Source of the DNA: Nitrosopumilus sp.
GTDB lineage: Archaea > Thermoproteota > Nitrososphaeria > Nitrososphaerales > Nitrosopumilaceae
Reading direction: 5' to 3'
NCBI GenBank assembly: GCA_965249555.1
Contig: OZ252243.1
Coordinates: 1,600,001 to 1,664,000 of the forward strand
DNA: 64,000 nucleotides
Shown here: one piece after another, positions 1-8,203 of the stretch
Numbering within the stretch: the stretch's first letter is position 1
Layout of the letters: each line of letters begins with the position of its first letter
The notes under the pieces: generated by a model
Seen by the model: only the letters and a program-made list of their open reading frames with translations
What the model was told of the DNA's origin: nothing
The model's database searches: none
Made by a program: the position numbers and the translations under genes

Positions 1-3000
1 TCTGCAAATGATAACACTGACGGGGATATCACAGATAATGTAGTTGTTGGAGATACAGTTGATACCAGTGTAGATAATACCTACACTGTTACCTTTGATG
101 TGGATGATGCGGCTGGAAACCATGCAGTAACAGTAACCAGGACAGTCACAGTTACACCTGATGCCACGGTGCCAACCATCACAGTCAATGAGGATTCGCT
201 CTCCGTCGAGCTTGGAGGAACGTACGAGCTATTCACCTTTACTGCAAATGATAATACTGACGGGATTATCACCGGTGAGGTAGCTGTTGCTGGATATCCA
301 GCTGATACCGATACAGCTGGAACCTATGATGTTACCTTTGATGTGGATGATGCGGCCGGAAACCATGCAGTAACAGTAGCTAGAACAGTTACAGTTACAG
401 ATACCACAGCACCAGTAATCACACCAGCAGGATCTACCCAAACAATTGAGTTAACTCAAACCAACACCTACACAGAACAAGGCGCTATCGTAACTGATAA
501 TGACCCAGTCTACACTGGAACAGTAGCAGTTACAGGTGCTACACCTGACACCCGTGTTGTAAAAGAATACACCGTAACATATACTGCACCGGCTGATGCA
601 GCAGGTAACACACCAGATGAAAAATCAATTGTAATTACTGTAGTTGACACCACAGCACCAGAAGCTCCTGAAATCACCACCTCACCTGCAACTGTCAATA
701 CACCATCATTCACGATTGAAGGTACGGCTGAAGCCGGGACAACTGTAGAACTATTCAATGAAGGATCAACAGTTGATACAATAACTGCCGATGGTGACGG
801 GAATTTCTCATTTGCAGGAGTTGCACTAGATGAAGGTGAGAACTCATTCACTGTAACAGCGTCTGATGGACCAAACACATCTGCATCATCATCACCTGTA
901 CTCATTACGCTTGATACCACAGCACCGGAAGCTCCCGAAATCACCACCTCACCTGCAACTGTCAATACACCATCAATCACGATTGAAGGTACGGCTGAGG
1001 CTGGGACAACTGTAGAACTGCTCAAGGGGGGAACATCAACTGGTGATACAGTAACTGCTGATTCGGGATCTTTCTCATTTGCAGTTACACTGACTGATGG
1101 TGCCAACTCATTCACTGCAACAGCATCTGATGGACCAAACACATCTGCTGCATCATCACCTGTAGTCATTACGCTTGATACTGAAACACCAGCAGTTCCT
1201 ATAATCACCACCTCACCTGCAACTGTCAATACACCATCAATCACGATTGAAGGTACGGCTGAGGCCGGAACAACTGTAGAACTATTCAAGGGAGTGACAC
1301 CAGCTGGTACGACAACTGCCGATTCAGGTAGTTTCTCATTTACAGTTACACTGACTAAGGGTGAGAACTCATTCACTGCAACAGCGTCTGATGGACCAAA
1401 CACATCTGACGCATCACCAGCTGTAGTCATTACGCTTGATACTATACCACCGGAAGCTCCCGAAATTACCACCTCACCTGCAACTGTCGGTTCATCATCA
1501 TTCACGATTGATGGTACGGCTGAAGCTGGGTCAACTGTGGAACTGTTCCGTGGAGTAACATCTGTTGATACAGTAACTGATGATGGTGACGGGAATTTCT
1601 CATTTACAGTTACACTGACTGATGGTGAGAACTCATTCACTGCAACAGCATCTGATGGACCAAACACATCTGACGCATCACCAGCTGTACTCATTACGCT
1701 TGATACCATATCACCATCTATCACAGTCAATGAGGATTCAATCTCCGTTGAACTTGGAGAAACATACACACCATTCACCTTTACTGCAGCTGATAACACT
1801 GATGGAGATATCACAGATGATGTAGTTGTTGGAGATACAGTTGATACCAATGCAGCTAATACTTACACTGTTACCTTTGATGTAGATGATGCGGCTGGAA
1901 ACCCTGCAGTTACAGTAACTAGAACAGTTACAGTTACAGATACCACACCACCAGTTATCACACCAACAGGATCCACCCAAAGAATTGAGTTAACTGCAAC
2001 TGACACCTACACAGAACAAGGCGCCGCTGTAACTGATAATGACCCGGCCTACTCTGGAACAGTAGCAGTCTCTGGTGATACACCTGACACCAGTAGCATA
2101 GGGGTCTACACCGTATTGTATGATGCACCAGATGATGCGGCAAATAACACACCAGACCAACAATCAATTGTAATTACTGTATCTGACACAACACCGCCAA
2201 CCTTTGATGTTGATGGTAACACAGTTGACTATGCAACTACAGTACCATTTGGCGGACCATACACTCAAGGTATAATTACCAATCAATCTGATATCTCAGG
2301 AACTGCACCTGGTATAGTTGGCGGTGAAACAGTCAATGTCAACACTTCTGGAGAATATGCTGTAACTTACACTGTAACTGACAACAATGGATTATTTACT
2401 ACCATCACTGAAACTGTAACAGTAGAATCTGATGTTACAGCACCAGCAGTTCCTGCAATTACCACATCACCTGCAACTGTTGGCGCATCACCAATCACAA
2501 TTGATGGCGGTTCAACTGAAGCCGGAGCAACTATAACACTATTCAATGGAGCAACATCAGCTGGTACAGTAATTGCCGATGGTTCAGGGAATTTCTCATT
2601 TCCAAGAACTGTACTGTCTGAAGGTGCCAACTCATTCACTGCAACAGCGTCTGATGGACCAAACACATCTGACGCATCATCACCTGTACTCATTACACTT
2701 GATACCATAGCACCAGCAGTTCCTGAAATTACCACCTCACCTGCAACTGTCAATACATCATCATTCACGATTGAAGGTACGGCTGAAGCCGGGACAACTG
2801 TGGAACTATTCAATGAAGGATCAACAGTTGATACAATAACTGCTGATTCGGGATCTTTCTCATTTACAGTTACACTGACTGAGGGTGCCAACTCATTCAC
2901 TGCAACAGCAACTGATGGACCAAACACATCTGACGCATCATCACCTGTAGTCATTACACTTGATACCGAAAAACCGGTAATCACGGTATTAGGATCTACT

Positions 3001-6000
3001 CGAACATCTGAATTAACTGCAACCGACACTTACACTGAACAAGGTGCCACTGTAAAAGATAATGACCCAGATTACTCTGAAACGGCAACACCCTCTGGTA
3101 ACACACCTGACACCAGCGTTGTAGGGGTATACACCGTATTGTATGATGCACCACCTGATGCAGCAGGCAACACACCAGACCAAAAATCAATTGTAATTTC
3201 TGTAGTTGATACCACACCGCCAACCTTTGATGTTGATGGTCACACAGGTGACTATTCCACTGCAGTACCATTTGGCGGAACATACACTCCAGGTGTAATT
3301 AACAATCAATCTGATATCTCAGGAACTGCACCTGGTACAGTTGGCGGTGAAACAGTCAATGTCAACGCTTCTGGAGAATATGTTGTAACTTACACTGTAA
3401 CTGACAACAATGGATTATTTGCTACCATCACTGAAACTGTAACAGTAGAATCTGATGTTACACCACCAATAATCACAGTAACTCCAGAAGAAATCACTCT
3501 TGAACTAAACTCACCTGCACCAGTACTTCTTGATGGAGTCACAACTGATGATGGCTCTACAATTACTACATCCGGAAATGTTGATGTTACCACAGTAGGC
3601 GATTACACTATCACTTATTCTTCAACTGATGGTACAAACCCAGCTGATGATAAAACCAGAATATACAAAGTAACTGCAGCACCTGATACAACAGAACCAA
3701 CTGAACTACCTGCACCTCCAACACTTGTCGCAGGAACAATCACTGAAACAAGAATTGAGATTACATGGGATGCAGTAAATGGTGCCAAGTTCTATTCGTT
3801 GTATAGAGATGGCAATTTAATAACAACTGTTTTGGATTCTGCTCTCGGTGATAATTTATCATACACTGATGATGTATTGACTTCTGGAACATCCTACACT
3901 TATCATGCCACATCAACTAATGATGCTGGGACAAGTGACAACTCTGAGGATCTAGTTGCAGCTACAACCATAGCATCAACTGAAAACCCATCTCTTGATG
4001 ATACAGAAAAACCAGTAATCACACCAGCAGGATCTAATACAACAATTGAGTTAACTGCAATCAACACTTACAATATACCTGGCGCTACTGTAACTGATAA
4101 TGACCCAAATTACTCTGAAACAGTAACAGTCTCTGGTGATACACCTGACACTAGTGTTATAGGAGTTTACACCGTAACATATACTGCACCGGCTGATGCA
4201 GCAGGTAACACACCAGATGAAAAATCAATTGTAATTTCTGTAGTTGATACCACACCGCCAACCTTTGATGTTGATGGTAACACAGCTGACTATGCAACTG
4301 CAGTACCATTTGGCGGACCATACACCCTAGGTGTAATTGCCAATCAATCTGATATCTCAGGAATTGTATCTAGTGACGTTGGCGGTGAAACAGTAAATGT
4401 CGACACTTCTGGAGACTATGTTGTAACTTATACCGTAACTGACAACAATGGATTATCTACTATCATCACTGAAACTGTAACAGTAGAATCTGATGTTACA
4501 GCACCACCCGTTCCTGCAATTACCACACCACCTGCAACTGTCAATACACCATCAATCACGATTGAAGGTACGGCTGAGGTCGGGACAACTGTGGAACTAT
4601 TCAATGAAGGATCAACAGTTGATACAATAACTGCCGATGGTGACGGGAATTTCTCATTTGCAGGAGTTGCACTAGATGAAGGTGCCAACTCATTCACTGC
4701 AAGAGCATCTGATGGAGTCAACACATCTGGTCCATCACCAGCTATAGTCATTACACTTGATACAACACCACCAGTAATCACAGTTGATCCTCTTACCGTT
4801 ACACTACAAGCTGACTCATTACAACCTGACTCATTACAACCTGACTTGCTTAAAGGAGTCTCAGCTGATGATGGCTCTACAGTTACTACAACTGGAAATG
4901 TTGATGTTAACACACAAGGCGATTACGATATCACTTATGATTCTGTAGATGCATCAGACAATGCAGCTGAATCTGTAACTAGAACATACACAGTACCTGC
5001 TCAAAGTACTGATGACACCGATAGTGGAGATGGTGGCATCACTAGTGTAACTCCTGGAACTGAAAAACCAAAGAAAAAAGGTGGAGATTCTAATGAATGG
5101 AAAACAAAGCCAACCTTTGGCAAACATTGGAATAATCAAGCAGTACAGCTAGTTGACAACGGCTTTGTCTTTAATGGCATGCCATTAACCATTACAAACA
5201 ACTGGCACACTGACTTTAATATGACTAACAGCATTATAGGTGATAACAATACAGTCCACATCAAAGGCTATGCAACAAATGGCCTAAAGTCGGTATCTCT
5301 ATCCCTTGGAGTTCCAGAAGTTGGCCTGAAAACTAATGCAGAGTCCCACATTATAGTAAATGTAAATAGCAACTATACCAGTCCTGCAGGCTATGACATT
5401 GCAGATATAGTCCATGAGCAAAAAGAGGTACTAGTAAATGAGGACATGACTAGCGCATCCATTGACAAAGTCAAATGTACATCATCAGATACTGCAGAGA
5501 GGTGTTTTGATGTTACCATATCATTTGTAATAATGGCACCATTATCCCATGAAGTATTGGCAATTAATGCAGTTGACAAACAACGTTATTCTACTACCAC
5601 ATATATCAACGAAGGTGTAGAGTTTACAGGTGAAGCATTGCTTGCAGCAGCAACTCATGAGTTAAAACAAAAGCATGGCAACCAGAATCCGTTTGAGACC
5701 ATATCACTAACCCAGCAGGACAGACGTTACCAGGTCTGGGAGGACCAATATGGATACATATGGTCACAAAATGACTATGGCACCTGGTTGCAGATTACAA
5801 GACCAGATATACAACAAAGAAATGATCTGCCAACAAGCGTAATGACTAGAATTCATTCAAACTTTGCAAGCTTAGTAATTGATGAGCAGGATAGGGCAAC
5901 CTTAATCTTTGATAGTAAGGCAATTCAGGGAATTCTGGAAGAGTCATTCTCATATGATATGCCATTAAGACTGGACAGAGTATCAGATCCCGCATTGCTG

Positions 6001-6090
6001 GAATCACTATCCATACAAGAGATGCTGGCCCAGGAGATGCTGTGTGACTGTATGATATATGATGACTCTGATCTTAGCTGGAATGACTAG
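1..6090 (+). CDS. Giant Thr/Asp-rich surface or adhesin-like protein (5' end outside window): tandem DUF5011/HYR-like and bacterial Ig-like repeats, one FN3-like domain (~3715-3970) and a non-repetitive C-terminal domain
   Basis: Frame 1 is open from base 1 to the stop at 6088-6090. Recurrent motifs: DTTAPVIT...GTYTVTY and TIEGTAEAGTTVEL...GxNSFTATASD; FN3-like ITWDAVNGAKFYSLYRDG...SYTYHATS. Confidence 0.85.
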   Translation, partial: SANDNTDGDITDNVVVGDTVDTSVDNTYTVTFDVDDAAGNHAVTVTRTVTVTPDATVPTITVNEDSLSVELGGTYELFTFTANDNTDGIITGEVAVAGYPADTDTAGTYDVTFDVDDAAGNHAVTVARTVTVTDTTAPVITPAGSTQTIELTQTNTYTEQGAIVTDNDPVYTGTVAVTGATPDTRVVKEYTVTYTAPADAAGNTPDEKSIVITVVDTTAPEAPEITTSPATVNTPSFTIEGTAEAGTTVELFNEGSTVDTITADGDGNFSFAGVALDEGENSFTVTASDGPNTSASSSPVLITLDTTAPEAPEITTSPATVNTPSITIEGTAEAGTTVELLKGGTSTGDTVTADSGSFSFAVTLTDGANSFTATASDGPNTSAASSPVVITLDTETPAVPIITTSPATVNTPSITIEGTAEAGTTVELFKGVTPAGTTTADSGSFSFTVTLTKGENSFTATASDGPNTSDASPAVVITLDTIPPEAPEITTSPATVGSSSFTIDGTAEAGSTVELFRGVTSVDTVTDDGDGNFSFTVTLTDGENSFTATASDGPNTSDASPAVLITLDTISPSITVNEDSISVELGETYTPFTFTAADNTDGDITDDVVVGDTVDTNAANTYTVTFDVDDAAGNPAVTVTRTVTVTDTTPPVITPTGSTQRIELTATDTYTEQGAAVTDNDPAYSGTVAVSGDTPDTSSIGVYTVLYDAPDDAANNTPDQQSIVITVSDTTPPTFDVDGNTVDYATTVPFGGPYTQGIITNQSDISGTAPGIVGGETVNVNTSGEYAVTYTVTDNNGLFTTITETVTVESDVTAPAVPAITTSPATVGASPITIDGGSTEAGATITLFNGATSAGTVIADGSGNFSFPRTVLSEGANSFTATASDGPNTSDASSPVLITLDTIAPAVPEITTSPATVNTSSFTIEGTAEAGTTVELFNEGSTVDTITADSGSFSFTVTLTEGANSFTATATDGPNTSDASSPVVITLDTEKPVITVLGSTRTSELTATDTYTEQGATVKDNDPDYSETATPSGNTPDTSVVGVYTVLYDAPPDAAGNTPDQKSIVISVVDTTPPTFDVDGHTGDYSTAVPFGGTYTPGVINNQSDISGTAPGTVGGETVNVNASGEYVVTYTVTDNNGLFATITETVTVESDVTPPIITVTPEEITLELNSPAPVLLDGVTTDDGSTITTSGNVDVTTVGDYTITYSSTDGTNPADDKTRIYKVTAAPDTTEPTELPAPPTLVAGTITETRIEITWDAVNGAKFYSLYRDGNLITTVLDSALGDNLSYTDDVLTSGTSYTYHATSTNDAGTSDNSEDLVAATTIASTENPSLDDTEKPVITPAGSNTTIELTAINTYNIPGATVTDNDPNYSETVTVSGDTPDTSVIGVYTVTYTAPADAAGNTPDEKSIVISVVDTTPPTFDVDGNTADYATAVPFGGPYTLGVIANQSDISGIVSSDVGGETVNVDTSGDYVVTYTVTDNNGLSTIITETVTVESDVTAPPVPAITTPPATVNTPSITIEGTAEVGTTVELFNEGSTVDTITADGDGNFSFAGVALDEGANSFTARASDGVNTSGPSPAIVITLDTTPPVITVDPLTVTLQADSLQPDSLQPDLLKGVSADDGSTVTTTGNVDVNTQGDYDITYDSVDASDNAAESVTRTYTVPAQSTDDTDSGDGGITSVTPGTEKPKKKGGDSNEWKTKPTFGKHWNNQAVQLVDNGFVFNGMPLTITNNWHTDFNMTNSIIGDNNTVHIKGYATNGLKSVSLSLGVPEVGLKTNAESHIIVNVNSNYTSPAGYDIADIVHEQKEVLVNEDMTSASIDKVKCTSSDTAERCFDVTISFVIMAPLSHEVLAINAVDKQRYSTTTYINEGVEFTGEALLAAATHELKQKHGNQNPFETISLTQQDRRYQVWEDQYGYIWSQNDYGTWLQITRPDIQQRNDLPTSVMTRIHSNFASLVIDEQDRATLIFDSKAIQGILEESFSYDMPLRLDRVSDPALLESLSIQEMLAQEMLCDCMIYDDSDLSWND
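4811..4846 (+). repeat. 15-bp tandem repeat (ctgactcattacaac x2.4) encoding DSLQP repeats
   Basis: Directly visible in the sequence. Confidence 0.85.
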
Positions 6091-6196
6091 TTGTTTACCT
6101 TCATGTCGTACTCATATCATCAATTGCTGCAAAAAAAGGGGCAATTCCGTAGGATATGGCTGATTCAAAAAGATTGAAACCAGCATATTACAAAGT

Positions 6197-6289
6197 ATGA
6201 ATAATTGTCAATGTTGTGGCGTTGATGTAAGTGATAGATCAAAGAGATACATTGATGATGAATTAGTTTGTGTGAATTGTTTTGGGTAA
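6197..6289 (+). CDS. Putative 30-aa Zn-finger micro-protein MNNCQCCGVDVSDRSKRYIDDELVCVNCFG
   Basis: Manual translation; CxxC-x17-CxxC pattern; below the ORF-track length cutoff. Confidence 0.45.
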   Translation: MNNCQCCGVDVSDRSKRYIDDELVCVNCFG

Positions 6290-6296
6290 ATATCTG

Positions 6297-7643
6297 TTAA
6301 ACGAGATTTGGCATAATCATTCTTTTTAATTTCTCCAAACTTTTTTGAGTGCCAATATCACGTCTATACTCCAATTTACCTTTAACATATGTGTCAATAG
6401 CATTGTTAATTTGTAATGAAGCATCCTCTATACTATCTGAAACAACACTAAATGCACAAACCCGTGATTTTTTTAAGGTTTCATATTGGTGTGAGCCTGT
6501 TTTGATACAAGAGGAAAAAAATATCTTTACACCAAGATCATTAACTGCTTCTTCATTAATAGTAAAAGAAATTACCTCATTGCTTTTTTCTGGGTATTCA
6601 GTTGCCACCAAATATTTAGTAACACTTGCTTTTTTAATAAAAGAGACAACATCTTCTGATAGTGTCTTATTCCAAATATGTATTAATAATTCAGAAAAAG
6701 AACCATCAAGAATACTGAGAATATTTAGTCCTTCGGGATCACCAAAGCGTCCATTAAACTCCATAAATTTTATGCCATGTTTAGTTTTAAAAAATCCACC
6801 ATTAAGAACACCATTAAAAAAGAGATTTTTTGATCTCATTTCATTAATAATCTTCTGCATTATTAATTTACAATCCTCCAAGTCTTTATCACTCATAAAG
6901 GGAAGTTTTTTTTCTGAACTAGTAAAACATCCCATACCGCCTGTTCCTGCCCCTGTATCATCTTCAAATCTAAAGGGATAGTCGTAACTTGCAGGAGATA
7001 ATACGAGATGTTCACCATCAGTAATTCCCATAATTGTAAATTCTATACCAACTAGTTTTTCTACCAACAGAACCTTTTCATTATTCTTGAGAAGACTAGA
7101 AGCATAATTAATACAATCCTTATACGTTGATAAATGCTCAGGCATTACCTTGACACCTTTACCCCCTGTAAGTCCTTGAGGTTTTACTACTACATCAAGA
7201 CCTCTTGATTCAAATTCAGATATAGCATCTTCTAACTCTTCGACTTTACAAATAATCTTGTAAAAAGGTGTAAATTCAGGACATATCTCTTGCATCATTT
7301 GAATTGAATAAATTTTATCCCATTCAATACGTGTAGCTTCTTTTGTTCCGCCAATAGCTTTGAAATTATTTTCTAATAAAATATCAATAACACCATTTGC
7401 TAGTGGTTGGTCAGCACTTACAAAAGTATAATCTATATTGTGTTCTTTTACAAACTTTAACACTATATGTGGATCATTAACATCACCTACCAAATACGTC
7501 CCGCCTGATTTTTTGACACAGTTTATGATGAGTGGGTTTTTGTGAGAAATAATTGCATACAATTGTGTGTCTTCTGAGAGCCGTAGGGCAAAAGCACTTT
7601 CACGTCCTCCACTTCCAATGACGAGAAATTTCTTTCTGTTCAT
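6297..7643 (-). CDS. purD: Phosphoribosylamine--glycine ligase-like ATP-grasp enzyme (divergent PurD homolog)
   Basis: IGSGGRE, VVKPxGLTGGKGV, TGGMG and EFNGRFGDPE motifs present; the canonical QDHKR, GPNT and GPE motifs are altered. Confidence 0.75.
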   Translation of the reverse strand: MNRKKFLVIGSGGRESAFALRLSEDTQLYAIISHKNPLIINCVKKSGGTYLVGDVNDPHIVLKFVKEHNIDYTFVSADQPLANGVIDILLENNFKAIGGTKEATRIEWDKIYSIQMMQEICPEFTPFYKIICKVEELEDAISEFESRGLDVVVKPQGLTGGKGVKVMPEHLSTYKDCINYASSLLKNNEKVLLVEKLVGIEFTIMGITDGEHLVLSPASYDYPFRFEDDTGAGTGGMGCFTSSEKKLPFMSDKDLEDCKLIMQKIINEMRSKNLFFNGVLNGGFFKTKHGIKFMEFNGRFGDPEGLNILSILDGSFSELLIHIWNKTLSEDVVSFIKKASVTKYLVATEYPEKSNEVISFTINEEAVNDLGVKIFFSSCIKTGSHQYETLKKSRVCAFSVVSDSIEDASLQINNAIDTYVKGKLEYRRDIGTQKSLEKLKRMIMPNLV

Positions 7644-7650
7644 ATCTTAA

Positions 7651-7803
7651 TTATTTTCTCTTTTTTCCATTTTTCCAATTGGTTCTATTAGTGCATTCCA
7701 CATTATTACAAACTTTAGGATTTTCATTTTTACTATACCAAATTGATTCACAAATTGCACATTTATGCTTCCAATAATTCCCTTCTACTTTTGTACTCAA
7801 CAT
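7651..7803 (-). CDS. Putative 50-aa Zn-ribbon protein MLSTKVEGNYWKHKCAICESIWYSKNENPKVCNNVECTNRTNWKNGKKRK
   Basis: Manual translation; CxxC-x3-W...P-x2-C-x4-C-x5-W pattern; ends 7 bp before the purD-like start on the same strand. Confidence 0.65.
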   Translation of the reverse strand: MLSTKVEGNYWKHKCAICESIWYSKNENPKVCNNVECTNRTNWKNGKKRK

Positions 7804-7822
7804 AATTTTTTAGAAATTATGC

Positions 7823-7876
7823 TTTATAAACTTTATATGTTTATACTTAAAATGTTTATATAAACATTATATGTTT
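7823..7876. promoter_or_regulatory. Divergent promoter region with TATA-like boxes and a perfect 18-bp palindrome aatgtttatataaacatt (7851-7868)
   Basis: tttataaa at 7823-7830, tttatata inside the palindrome, and a repeated taaac(t/a)ttatatgttta motif. Confidence 0.5.
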
Positions 7877-7940
7877 AATAATTATGCAAACAAAAGAATC
7901 AAGATTTGAGGAAATTTATGAAGATACACAAGCTTTGATT

Positions 7941-8117
7941 GTTCGAATGAATTTCTATTACAATATAGATTGAAACTTCTGATGGTACTAAACAATCTGA
8001 GTATTATCCAACTTCAAATGAATTTCTATTACAATAAAGATTAAAACCGTGTTAGCGGTAAATGTAATAGAGTAATTACATCTTCGAATGAATTTCTATT
8101 ACAATAAAGATTGAAAC
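7941..8117 (+). CRISPR. Mini CRISPR array: three 36-bp repeats (consensus STTCGAATGAATTTCTATTACAATAAAGATTGAAAC) and two spacers of 35 and 34 bp
   Basis: Repeats at 7941-7976, 8012-8047 and 8082-8117, regularly spaced, with an ATTGAAAC-type 3' end (ATTAAAAC in repeat 2). Confidence 0.85.
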
Positions 8118-8203
8118 CCACTTTGGTGGAGTAAAAAAAACAAAAACCAAATGTTCTTGACTGATTATATTGATGGCTATTAGACATTTAAATAATGAAT
8201 TTT

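Noticed and set aside
510-4913. Long minus-strand ORFs (for example 510-1850 and 2367-3029)
   Set aside because: Antisense shadows of the biased, repetitive surface-protein gene
6169-6180. aaagattgaaac, identical to the last 12 nt of the mini-array repeat
   Set aside because: The upstream 24 nt do not match; too short and AT-rich to call a solo repeat
7977-8011. Mini-array spacer 1 shares ctgatggtac with the surface-protein gene near 3626
   Set aside because: Only about 10 nt of identity, which is expected by chance
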